Shown one piece after another: positions 49,107 through 59,766 of a stretch of DNA of 64,000 nucleotides; the first letter of the stretch is position 1; the number at the start of each line of letters is the position of its first letter. Source of the DNA: an uncultured Clostridia bacterium. Lineage in GTDB: Bacteria > Bacillota > Clostridia > TANB77 > CAG-508. The notes beneath the pieces are model-generated. The model had not been told where the DNA came from and ran no database searches. It worked only from the letters and a program-made list of their open reading frames with translations. The stretch covers positions 2,682 through 66,681 of the forward strand of contig CALXFI010000001.1 of the NCBI GenBank assembly GCA_944387535.1, read 5' to 3'. A program made the position numbers and the translations under genes.

Positions 49107-49420
49107 TGGTGGGCAGGGAAGGATTCGAACCTTCGTACTCAAATGAGAACAGATTTCTTACTACTATAGTTTTCACTACCAATTTCTTGTTTGTAGTCTG
49201 GACTTTCTCTTTATCTTAATATTAAGATACTAGGTATAAAGTCTCTACACTCAGGAATTTTATTTCCTTAGCTCGGGATTACCATCAGCGTTATCTGTTA
49301 AGGCTTCCCCGAATTAGCCTAGTTATCATCATACAATCACTTGTATGAGCTGCAAATTTAGGTTTTTGGAATTAACCAAAGACTACAGTCTGCCGCCTTT
49401 AGCCACTCGGCCACCTACCC
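49107..49420 (-). tRNA. tRNA-Tyr (anticodon GUA) interrupted by a group I intron. Exon 1 is 49385-49420 and exon 2 is 49107-49156. The spliced tRNA is 86 nt including the encoded CCA.
   Basis: Exon 1 is GGGUAGGUGGCCGAGUGGCUAAAGGCGGCAGACUGU. Exon 2 is AAAUCUGU + UCUCAUUUGAGUAC (long variable arm) + GAAGG-UUCGAAU-CCUUC + CCUGCCC-A-CCA. The joined acceptor, D, anticodon (GCAGA/UCUGU, loop CUGUAAA) and T arms all pair. Long variable arm, G1:C72 and A73 fit tRNA-Tyr. Confidence 0.7.
49157..49384 (-). ncRNA. Group I self-splicing intron (about 228 nt) in the tRNA-Tyr anticodon loop, between nucleotides 35 and 36
   Basis: The 5' exon ends in U and the intron ends in G. Core-like elements match Azoarcus/cyanobacterial tRNA group I introns: AAUUCGGGGAAGCCUUAAC (compare AAUUCGGCGAAACCUAAG), GUGUAGAGACU, and AAGAUA..AGUCC. 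Confidence 0.6.
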
Positions 49421-49432
49421 TTATATAAAAAA

Positions 49433-49509
49433 TGGTGCTCCCTCAAGGATTCGAACCTTGGACCCACTGGTTATGAGCCAGTTGCTCTGACCAACTGAGC
49501 TAAGGGAGC
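49433..49509 (-). tRNA. tRNA-Met (anticodon CAU; an Ile2/lysidine type cannot be excluded), 77 nt
   Basis: Acceptor GCUCCCU/AGGGAGC. Anticodon arm ACUGG-CUCAUAA-CCAGU. T arm CAAGG-UUCGAAU-CCUUG. Confidence 0.8.
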
Positions 49510-49631
49510 ATGTGCTTAATTACTTAGCACAGATTAAAGTATAAACCATTTTCATGTAATTGTCAATAGTTTTTTTGAATTTTTTGTAGTAAATATGCCT
49601 AAATTTTTATAGGCATATTTACTTGTTTATT

Positions 49632-51005
49632 TTATACATTTAATTTCTTCTTTGCTATTTCTATTTGTTTCATTACTTGTTCTGCTGCAGGTCCTCCTAA
49701 AACGTTTCTTTTATTAACACAATTAATTAAATCAATAGCATCATAAATATCTTCATCAAACACATTACTAAACTTTTTATAAACACTTATGTCTAATTTC
49801 TCTAATGTTGTCTTATTTTCAATGCAATATTTTACTAAATTACCTACTATCTTATATGCATCACGGAATGGTATTCCTTTTACTGTTAAATAATCAGCAC
49901 AATCAGTTGCATTTATAAATCCTTCTGCTGCTGCTTTTTTCATATTTTCTTTTATTACTGTCATTGTTTCTACTAATGGATCTAATGTTGTTATACATAA
50001 ATTAACTGTATCTAAAGCATCAAATATTGCTTCTTTGTCTTCTTGCATATCCTTATTATAAGCAAGAGGAGTTCCTTTCATAACTGTTAGCATTGTATAC
50101 AAATCTCCATATACTCTTCCAGTTTTTCCTCTAATTAACTCAGTTATATCAGGATTTTTCTTTTGAGGCATAATAGATGACCCAGTAGAGAAACTATCAT
50201 CTAATTCTATAAACTTAAATTCCCATGAAGCCCATAAGATAATTTCTTCACTTATTCTTGATAAATGCATCATGATAATTGATATATCTGATAATAATTC
50301 TATTATAAAATCTCTATCTGATACTCCGTCTAAGCTATTATTTGTGACTTTAGAAAATCCCAATTCTTTGGCTTCGAACTCTCTATCTAATGGATATGTT
50401 GTTCCTGCTAAAGCACAACTACCTATAGGAGATACATCAATTCTTTTATATGTTTCACTTAATCTTTCTAAATCACGTAGAAACATTTCTACATAAGCCA
50501 TTAAATGATGTGCAAAAGTTACTGGTTGTGCCCTTTGCATATGTGTATATCCCGGCATAATTGTATGTGTATTTTCTTCTGCTTTTTTTATAAATGTACC
50601 TGCTAATTTCTTTAAATTTTCAATTAAAGTAGTTACTTCATCTTTTAAATACATTCTAATATCTAAAGCAACTTGGTCATTTCTACTTCTTGCAGTATGA
50701 AGCTTTTTACCATTATCTCCTATCCTCTTAGTTAACTCAGCTTCAACAAACATATGAATATCTTCAGCATTTGGGTCAAATTCTAATTTTCCACTTTCTA
50801 AATCTTCTAATATTCCATTTAATCCATCTATTATTGATTTTGATTCTTCTTCTTTTATAATTCCTTGTTTTGCAAGCATCTTGCTATGGGCAATACTTCC
50901 TTTTATATCTTGTTTATACATTCTATGATCGAATTTTATTGAAGAATTAAAATCATTAGTCCTTTCATCTAATTTCTTTGAAAATCTTCCTTCCCACATT
51001 GGCAT
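49632..51005 (-). CDS. argH: Argininosuccinate lyase
   Basis: Fumarate-lyase signature GSSIMPQKKNPD. N-terminus MWEGRFS. Confidence 0.9.
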   Translation of the reverse strand: MPMWEGRFSKKLDERTNDFNSSIKFDHRMYKQDIKGSIAHSKMLAKQGIIKEEESKSIIDGLNGILEDLESGKLEFDPNAEDIHMFVEAELTKRIGDNGKKLHTARSRNDQVALDIRMYLKDEVTTLIENLKKLAGTFIKKAEENTHTIMPGYTHMQRAQPVTFAHHLMAYVEMFLRDLERLSETYKRIDVSPIGSCALAGTTYPLDREFEAKELGFSKVTNNSLDGVSDRDFIIELLSDISIIMMHLSRISEEIILWASWEFKFIELDDSFSTGSSIMPQKKNPDITELIRGKTGRVYGDLYTMLTVMKGTPLAYNKDMQEDKEAIFDALDTVNLCITTLDPLVETMTVIKENMKKAAAEGFINATDCADYLTVKGIPFRDAYKIVGNLVKYCIENKTTLEKLDISVYKKFSNVFDEDIYDAIDLINCVNKRNVLGGPAAEQVMKQIEIAKKKLNV

Positions 51006-51025
51006 ATCTAAAACACCTCTTTCTA

Positions 51026-52234
51026 TTATTTTCCTTCCATTTTAGCTTTTATTTTTACAGGTAAACCATATAAATTTATGAAACCTTGTGCATCTTTTTG
51101 ATCATATTCATCATCTTCATCAAAAGATGCTGTTTTTACTGAATATAAAGAATATTTACTTTCTAATCCGTTTGGAATTATATTTCCTTTATATAATTTT
51201 AATCCTACTTTTCCTGTTACTGTTTCTTGAGTTTTATCAACAAATGCACATATAGCTTCTTTTAATGGCATATTCCATTGTGCATTATAAAGAATTTCTC
51301 CTAATTTATTTGCTACTATTTGTTTAAAATGCATTGTTTCTTTATCTAAACAAATTGTTTCTAATAAGTGATGAGCTTTATAGATTATAGTTCCTCCAGG
51401 TGTTTCATAAACTCCTCTTGATTTCATCCCTACTAATCTATTTTCTACCATATCTAATATTCCTATACCATTTTCTCCACCTATTTTATTTAGTTTTTCT
51501 ATTAGTTCTACTAAGCTTAATTTTTCTCCATTTAAAGCAACAGGTAATCCCTTTTCAAATTCTAATTCTATAATAGTTTCTTCATCTTTTGCTTTTTGTG
51601 GAGTTACTCCCATTTCTAATATTTCATCATATTTAGGAACATTTGCTATATCTTCTAAATCTAATCCTTCATGTGATAAATGCCATAAATTTTTATCTTT
51701 AGAGTAATTTGTCTCTCTACTTATCTTTAAAGGTATTTTATGTTTTTCTGCATAATCAATTGCATCTTCCCTACTTTTAATATCCCAAATTCTCCATGGT
51801 GCAATAACTGGCATATCTGGTGCTAATGCTTTTATTGCAAGTTCAAATCTTACTTGGTCATTTCCTTTACCTGTACATCCATGGCAAATTGCATCTGCTC
51901 CCTCTTTTTTAGCAATCTCTACAAGTTTTTTTGCAAGTAATGGTCTTGTAAATGGTGTTCCAAGTAGGTAAACTCCTTCATATGTTGCTCCTGCTTTTAT
52001 TGCCGGTGCAATATAATCATTTGCCATTTCTTCTCTTAAATCTAAAACATATAATTTAGATGCTCCTGAATTTTTAGCTTTTTCTTCTAATCCTTCTAAT
52101 TCATAATCCCCTTGCCCAACATTTCCTGTAACTGCTATTACTTCACAGTTATTATAATTTTCTTTTAACCAAGTGATAATAATTGAAGTATCTAATCCTC
52201 CTGAATACGATAATACTATTTTTTTATAACTCAT
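51026..52234 (-). CDS. argG: Argininosuccinate synthase
   Basis: N-terminal P-loop-like AYSGGLDTS motif. The start was set at MSYKK with a GGAGGA ribosome-binding site at 6-nt spacing. Confidence 0.9.
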   Translation of the reverse strand: MSYKKIVLSYSGGLDTSIIITWLKENYNNCEVIAVTGNVGQGDYELEGLEEKAKNSGASKLYVLDLREEMANDYIAPAIKAGATYEGVYLLGTPFTRPLLAKKLVEIAKKEGADAICHGCTGKGNDQVRFELAIKALAPDMPVIAPWRIWDIKSREDAIDYAEKHKIPLKISRETNYSKDKNLWHLSHEGLDLEDIANVPKYDEILEMGVTPQKAKDEETIIELEFEKGLPVALNGEKLSLVELIEKLNKIGGENGIGILDMVENRLVGMKSRGVYETPGGTIIYKAHHLLETICLDKETMHFKQIVANKLGEILYNAQWNMPLKEAICAFVDKTQETVTGKVGLKLYKGNIIPNGLESKYSLYSVKTASFDEDDEYDQKDAQGFINLYGLPVKIKAKMEGK

Positions 52235-52261
52235 TTTGAATCCTCCTTTTAATAAAAATCT

Positions 52262-52558
52262 AATGATTATTTTTAACAATTTATATAAAAAATAGCGCCT
52301 CCTTTACAAGAGACGCTAAAAATACGTGGTACCACTCTAATTATTTATATATTTTTAATTTCTATATAAATCACTCATTCTCTATAACGCCGAGTCCGCG
52401 AACTATGATACTAAATATTTAAATTTTTCCCATAGCCACTCATAAGCTCTTTTCATCTTATAATCCACATGTTAGCTCTCACTCTACCTAACTCGCTGTT
52501 GCTTCAATATAAAACTACTCTCTTAATCATCGATTTTATTATTAATTTTTAAACTATA
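52262..52558 (-). promoter_or_regulatory. T-box riboswitch leader upstream of argG-argH
   Basis: Conserved T-box sequence AAUUAGAGUGGUACCACG (plus-strand 52324-52341 reverse-complemented). An intrinsic terminator AGCGUCUC..GAGGCGCU plus U-run (52292-52315) lies immediately downstream. A sigma-A promoter TTGACA-17-TATACT is at 52565-52593. The stem I region carries AGAGA and a GUAGAGUGAGAG distal-loop motif. Confidence 0.7.
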
Positions 52559-52612
52559 CTTTTTTAGTATAGCATTATTTTTTATTACTGTCAATACTTT
52601 TATGTAAATTTA

Positions 52613-53899
52613 TTAATTATCTGCATATTTAACATCTTCTTTAGTATATTCTTCTGGTTTTAAACCAACTCTTGTTTTCATATAAATATATATTATAAAT
52701 GCTAAAACTAAAAATACAATTCCCATTACTATCATACCATATTTTATATCAACTATTGTCAAAACAAAAGAACCTATAAATGTTATAACTATTCTTGAAA
52801 AGTTCCAATATAAATTAGTCATTGAATATATAGTTGGTAAAATCTTCACATTTGAAAAATTATTAACATACTTTTTGTATATTACCATGTAAATTCCTCT
52901 TAAGATACTAATAACTGTAAATGACATTATTACAACTACTAGTTGCATCGCAAATGGAATATTTAAGTTGCTTCCTATACCTGCTATAATAAATGCTACA
53001 GCTACTACCATTGATATATTTGTTAAAGTTCTATTTTTATATGTTTCGTTATACTGATTAGCCCATCTACCACCATATCCTCTAGCTAGTTCTAAAAACA
53101 TTGCTATTATTCCTATATACTGAGCTGTTACATTCATGTTTTTTAATAATGTAGTTTGGAATATTATAAACAAAGAGAAAACTCCCCATAAAAATCCTAC
53201 TGATAAAAGCAACGCTCTAATTCTTTTAGATTTTATAGTATATATAAAACCTTCTTTTAAATCTTTTATAGCTTTTATCATATTAGCATCTCTGTTTTTA
53301 CGAGTTTTATTTATTTCTACAAATTTAACTGCAATTACTAATGAAATTATTGTAAATAACAAACATAAAAACATTGGAATATATGGATTTACATTATATA
53401 AATAACCTGCCACAACCGTAGATATTGCTGAAATTATACAATATTTAAAATATGCTTTTTCATCTATATATGTAAATAATCTATCTTTTTTATCTGTTTT
53501 TGGTATAGATTCTTCAAGCATTGGTCCACTTGATATATTTTTCATGGCAAAAGCCACCGCATTTAAAACCTCTGCGATTGCCATCTGTGAAAAATCTGTT
53601 CCTATTATTAATATAAATACTGATATAACATTAAATGTATCTCCGACAATTAATGTCTTTCTATTACTTGTTCTATTGTTTACTACCGTTGCAATCACAA
53701 CACTAACAATTGATGCTAATGCGTATATTGTTGATAGAAATACAATGTTTGCATCTGATATATTTTTTACTTGTGATAAATATAATACTTTTATCCCATA
53801 ATAAAACAACAAATCAAAACCTACGGTTGTATAAATAGCATATAATCTCATATTATATTTTCTTAATTTTGCTTCTTTAAGTTTTTCCATTTTTACCAT
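52613..53899 (-). CDS. MFS-type transporter
   Basis: 428 aa with about 12 TM helices. I could not assign a substrate family. Confidence 0.6.
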   Translation of the reverse strand: MVKMEKLKEAKLRKYNMRLYAIYTTVGFDLLFYYGIKVLYLSQVKNISDANIVFLSTIYALASIVSVVIATVVNNRTSNRKTLIVGDTFNVISVFILIIGTDFSQMAIAEVLNAVAFAMKNISSGPMLEESIPKTDKKDRLFTYIDEKAYFKYCIISAISTVVAGYLYNVNPYIPMFLCLLFTIISLVIAVKFVEINKTRKNRDANMIKAIKDLKEGFIYTIKSKRIRALLLSVGFLWGVFSLFIIFQTTLLKNMNVTAQYIGIIAMFLELARGYGGRWANQYNETYKNRTLTNISMVVAVAFIIAGIGSNLNIPFAMQLVVVIMSFTVISILRGIYMVIYKKYVNNFSNVKILPTIYSMTNLYWNFSRIVITFIGSFVLTIVDIKYGMIVMGIVFLVLAFIIYIYMKTRVGLKPEEYTKEDVKYADN

Positions 53900-53954
53900 C
53901 CTTCTCTTTGGTTTCTATATTAAAAATATAACATCTATTTTTCTTTATTTCAAC

Positions 53955-54878
53955 CTAAATTTCTATTTCTTTATAATTTGTAACTAATTTTGCCCCTTGT
54001 TTTATTAATTCATTTGTTCCTACAGAATTTATTGAATTTATATTTCCTGGTACTACATATACCTCTCTTCCTTGCTCTAATGCAAAATCTACTGTTATTA
54101 ATGTTCCACTCTTTTCTTTTGCCTCTATTACAAGCACACCACTTGCCATCCCACTAATAATTCTATTCCTTGCAGGGAAATGCATCTTTTGTGGTTTAGT
54201 TCCAATTGGATATTCTGAAATTATACATCCACCTAAATCTATTATCTTTTGTTCTAGCTCTTTATTTTTTGCCGGATACACCATATCTAATCCATTTCCC
54301 ACAACTGCTATAGGTTTTCCACAGTAAATTTTGTTATCCACATGTGGATAACTATTATTTTGTGGATAGTTTTTTCCCAGTAAAGCTTGGCAACTTCCAA
54401 TATGTGAATAACTATCAATACCTTTAGCTAACCCACTTATTATATTTATACCCCTTTTAGCTAAATTATAACCAAAATATTTAGCAGCTTTTTTACCATA
54501 TTCGCTTGCCTCTCTACAGCCTATTATAGCTATTCCTTTATTATTTAATATTTCTTTATTTCCTTTAATATATAAACTAATTGGTGGATCATATATTTGT
54601 TTTAAATTTTGTGGATAACTTTTATCCACAATTGAAATAATATCTATATTATTTTTCCACATATATAAAATATGTTTATCTACCGCTTCTTTTGTACTTT
54701 CATCTAAAATGTTATCCACAGTTTGTTTTCCTATTCCAGATATTTTTAATAAATCATTTTTATTTAGATAATATATTCGTTCAGGGCTTTTATATATTTC
54801 TAATAATTTTTGTTTTCTTCTGATTCCTAAATTTTTTATTATACTAAACCATACCCAATATTTTTTATCTTCTAACAT
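53955..54878 (-). CDS. dprA: DNA processing protein DprA (Smf)
   Basis: Rossmann-like DprA core with the ..LAKGIDSYSH.. motif. 307 aa. Confidence 0.8.
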   Translation of the reverse strand: MLEDKKYWVWFSIIKNLGIRRKQKLLEIYKSPERIYYLNKNDLLKISGIGKQTVDNILDESTKEAVDKHILYMWKNNIDIISIVDKSYPQNLKQIYDPPISLYIKGNKEILNNKGIAIIGCREASEYGKKAAKYFGYNLAKRGINIISGLAKGIDSYSHIGSCQALLGKNYPQNNSYPHVDNKIYCGKPIAVVGNGLDMVYPAKNKELEQKIIDLGGCIISEYPIGTKPQKMHFPARNRIISGMASGVLVIEAKEKSGTLITVDFALEQGREVYVVPGNINSINSVGTNELIKQGAKLVTNYKEIEI

Positions 54879-54944
54879 AAAATTCCTCCTTCAAAATATA
54901 AAAAGAGCATTATTAATAAATAATGCCCCATTTTTTATTTAATT

Positions 54945-55808
54945 TTATAAATTTGATTTTTCTTTATACTGTTCTTTAGTCGCTTTTATTGCATTATGCA
55001 TAAGCATTGCTATTGTCATTGGTCCAACTCCTCCTGGAACTGGTGTTATATAGCTTGCTTTCTTTTCTACATTATTAAAATCAACATCTCCTACCAATTT
55101 TCCATTTTCATCTCTATTTATTCCCACATCTATTATAACTACACCATCTTTTACCATATCAGCTGTTATAAACTTTGGCTTACCTATTGCTGAAATAATT
55201 ACATCTGCTCTTTTGGTATGTTCTTCTAAACTTTTTGTTTTTGAATGACATACTGTTACAGTTGCATTTTTCTGCAAACAGCATTGTATAAGTGGTCTTC
55301 CTACAATATTACTTCTTCCTAATATTACCACATCTTTACCGTTTAAGTCAATATTGTATTCTTCAAACATCTTTATTACTCCTAAAGGAGTACATGATAC
55401 AAAAGTATCTTCCCCTAAGCAAAGTTTTCCTACACTAGCTGGAGTAAAACCATCTACATCTTTTAAATATGTTATTGTTTTAAATGCTTCATTTATATCC
55501 AAATGTTCTGGTATTGGACTTTGTAATAATATTCCATTTACTGTTTCATCATTATTTAATTTTTTTATTAAGTCTAATAAATCTTCTTGAGTTATATTTT
55601 CATCTAAAAGATATTCTTGATACTTTATTCCAACTTCATCACATGCTCTACTTTTATTTCTTATATATACCTTTGATGCTGGATTGTCTCCCACCATTAT
55701 AACTGCAAGCTTTGGTACTATTCCTTTTTTTATTAATTCATCACATTCTACCTTTAAATTACTTCTTATCTTTTTTGCCAATAGCTTTCCATCTATTATT
55801 ACTGCCAT
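54945..55808 (-). CDS. folD: Bifunctional methylenetetrahydrofolate dehydrogenase/cyclohydrolase
   Basis: Motifs VGDNPASKVY and GRSNIVGRP. Confidence 0.9.
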   Translation of the reverse strand: MAVIIDGKLLAKKIRSNLKVECDELIKKGIVPKLAVIMVGDNPASKVYIRNKSRACDEVGIKYQEYLLDENITQEDLLDLIKKLNNDETVNGILLQSPIPEHLDINEAFKTITYLKDVDGFTPASVGKLCLGEDTFVSCTPLGVIKMFEEYNIDLNGKDVVILGRSNIVGRPLIQCCLQKNATVTVCHSKTKSLEEHTKRADVIISAIGKPKFITADMVKDGVVIIDVGINRDENGKLVGDVDFNNVEKKASYITPVPGGVGPMTIAMLMHNAIKATKEQYKEKSNL

Positions 55809-55822
55809 TTTTCTTTCTCCTT

Positions 55823-56155
55823 TTAAATAACATAATTTTTATTACATTTATGACATTGATAGTGAAAATCTCTTAATATTTTATATTTTTCATTTTTATA
55901 CTGTTCTAGAATTTCACTTAAATCTTCTATACATTTATCACAATAAATATAATAACATTTTTCTTTTACATTATATACTACTCTTCCTCTTGGAAAATAA
56001 TCAAAATCTACATGATATTTACTATAATATTTTTCATCCCATACTTCCATATGGCTTTTTGGATAATTTAAAAAATCTCCATATTTTTCTGATTTTTGGT
56101 TTTCACATTCACTTACTAAAAATTTTCCATTTACGTAAAAAAATATATTTACCAT
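55823..56155 (-). CDS. Hypothetical protein with a C-terminal CxxC..CxxC zinc-ribbon
   Basis: CDKC..CHKC pair near the C-terminus. 110 aa. Confidence 0.4.
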   Translation of the reverse strand: MVNIFFYVNGKFLVSECENQKSEKYGDFLNYPKSHMEVWDEKYYSKYHVDFDYFPRGRVVYNVKEKCYYIYCDKCIEDLSEILEQYKNEKYKILRDFHYQCHKCNKNYVI

Positions 56156-56167
56156 TTATTTCACCTT

Positions 56168-56407
56168 TTAGAAATCATCTCTTTTATATTCTATATCCTC
56201 CATATGAGGAAACATTTCTTTTACTCTTTTTAGTGTTAGCATAAGCATACGTGGTTGTGGATTTTTTTTGTGCTCTGATATTAGTTTTTGCGTATAACAA
56301 TTATCAGCTGTTTTAAACAAAACATATCTATTTCCTACATACGTATAATATATTTGATATCCATCCCTTAAATCTACCCACATCTTTTCAAATGTATAAT
56401 CTTCCAT
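56168..56407 (-). CDS. Hypothetical protein (79 aa)
   Basis: The ORF has a GGAGGA ribosome-binding site. Confidence 0.4.
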   Translation of the reverse strand: MEDYTFEKMWVDLRDGYQIYYTYVGNRYVLFKTADNCYTQKLISEHKKNPQPRMLMLTLKRVKEMFPHMEDIEYKRDDF

Positions 56408-56432
56408 ATATCCTCCTTGTATTTTTTATGAT

Positions 56433-56509
56433 GTGTCCCAAATGCGAAAAAAAGGTGTAAATAGGGACGTTTCCTTTGGACACATTTTTTTCGCTAAGGA
56501 AGCGTCCCC
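56433..56509. repeat. GC-rich palindromic intergenic repeat element, family 1 (second copy)
   Basis: Contains gtgtcccaaatgcgaaaaaaagg, gggacgtttcctttg and ggaagcgtcccc, the same motifs as the element at 8562-8658. It lies immediately 3' of ligA. Confidence 0.5.
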
Positions 56510-56518
56510 AACGCGAAG

Positions 56519-58567
<2,049 letters not shown>

Positions 58568-58620
58568 TTAACAAAAAAAATAAAGGAATTTTTATAAATT
58601 CCTTTACTTATTTTTTATTA

Positions 58621-59295
58621 TTAATCTTCAACTCTAGCTAAAATTATTAATCTAGCACTACTATCATCTGTACATGTTGATAATGTTACTTCCGGTCTTC
58701 CTTGAGTATCTCTTTGATAGAATGATGTGTCTTCTGGTGTTGTTTCAAATTTATTATAAATTGTATATGTTAATTCTGTTCCACTATTATCTGTTATGTA
58801 TATTTTATCTCCTATATTTAACTTTTTGTTATTTGAGAAGAATAATCCATTTCTATAGTTATGTCCTATTATTACACTATTTCCTACTTGGTTTATTCCT
58901 GCTCCCCATTGAAATACTACTGCTGTTTCTAGAGATTTTGGACTTACTTTTGTAATTATTGGATAACTAAAGTTTGTTGCTGGAATTTCCATTGTTCCAA
59001 CCATTTCAAAACCTTTATACATTCTTTTTTCAGATGTATTTCCTGAATTACCTGTATTTTCACTTTGAATTTGGTCAAATGGGTTTGTTCCATCATCTGT
59101 AGTATTTCCATCTGCTACTGTATTATCTTCTGCATTTACTTCTCCTTTAAAATCTTCTACAAATTTAGATGCGTCGTTTGATATTATATAATTTTGTATA
59201 AAATCAAACGCTAAGAAACCTAGCAATCCTACAATTGCTACTATTACTATTACTAATATTACCGTTAATACTTTACTATATTTACTCTCAAACAT
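58621..59295 (-). CDS. Sortase-family transpeptidase
   Basis: N-terminal TM anchor. Catalytic His (IIGHN) and TLSTC active-site Cys motif. Confidence 0.75.
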   Translation of the reverse strand: MFESKYSKVLTVILVIVIVAIVGLLGFLAFDFIQNYIISNDASKFVEDFKGEVNAEDNTVADGNTTDDGTNPFDQIQSENTGNSGNTSEKRMYKGFEMVGTMEIPATNFSYPIITKVSPKSLETAVVFQWGAGINQVGNSVIIGHNYRNGLFFSNNKKLNIGDKIYITDNSGTELTYTIYNKFETTPEDTSFYQRDTQGRPEVTLSTCTDDSSARLIILARVED

Positions 59296-59401
59296 AACCT
59301 TTACCTCCGTACATTATTCTACTTCTTATATTATAACACATTTTAATAAAAAAATAAAGATAGATACAACATTTTCTTCTATCTTTATTATTTTGTGTAT
59401 T

Positions 59402-59746
59402 TTATACTAACTTTTCACCCATTTGCGTTCCAGCAAGTATATGGAAATGTAAATGCATTACTGTTTGTCCTGCATCTTTTCCACAATTGTTTATAACTCT
59501 ATAACCTTTCTCATCCACTCCTAATTGTTTAGCAATTTTTACAATTGCCATATGAATTTTTCCAATTAATAATTCATCATCTTCTGATATTTCATTTAAA
59601 CATGAAATATGTTTTTTAGGAACTACTAAAACATGTACTGGTGCTGCTGGTTCTATATCTTTAAATGCATATACATAGTCATCTTCATATACTTTAGTTG
59701 ATGGCACTTCTCCTTTTATTATTTTACAAAATAAACAATCTTCCAT
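59402..59746 (-). CDS. HIT-family (histidine triad) protein
   Basis: Histidine-triad motif HLHFHIL. Confidence 0.8.
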   Translation of the reverse strand: MEDCLFCKIIKGEVPSTKVYEDDYVYAFKDIEPAAPVHVLVVPKKHISCLNEISEDDELLIGKIHMAIVKIAKQLGVDEKGYRVINNCGKDAGQTVMHLHFHILAGTQMGEKLV

Positions 59747-59766
59747 ACTAAAACCTCCTATAAAAT

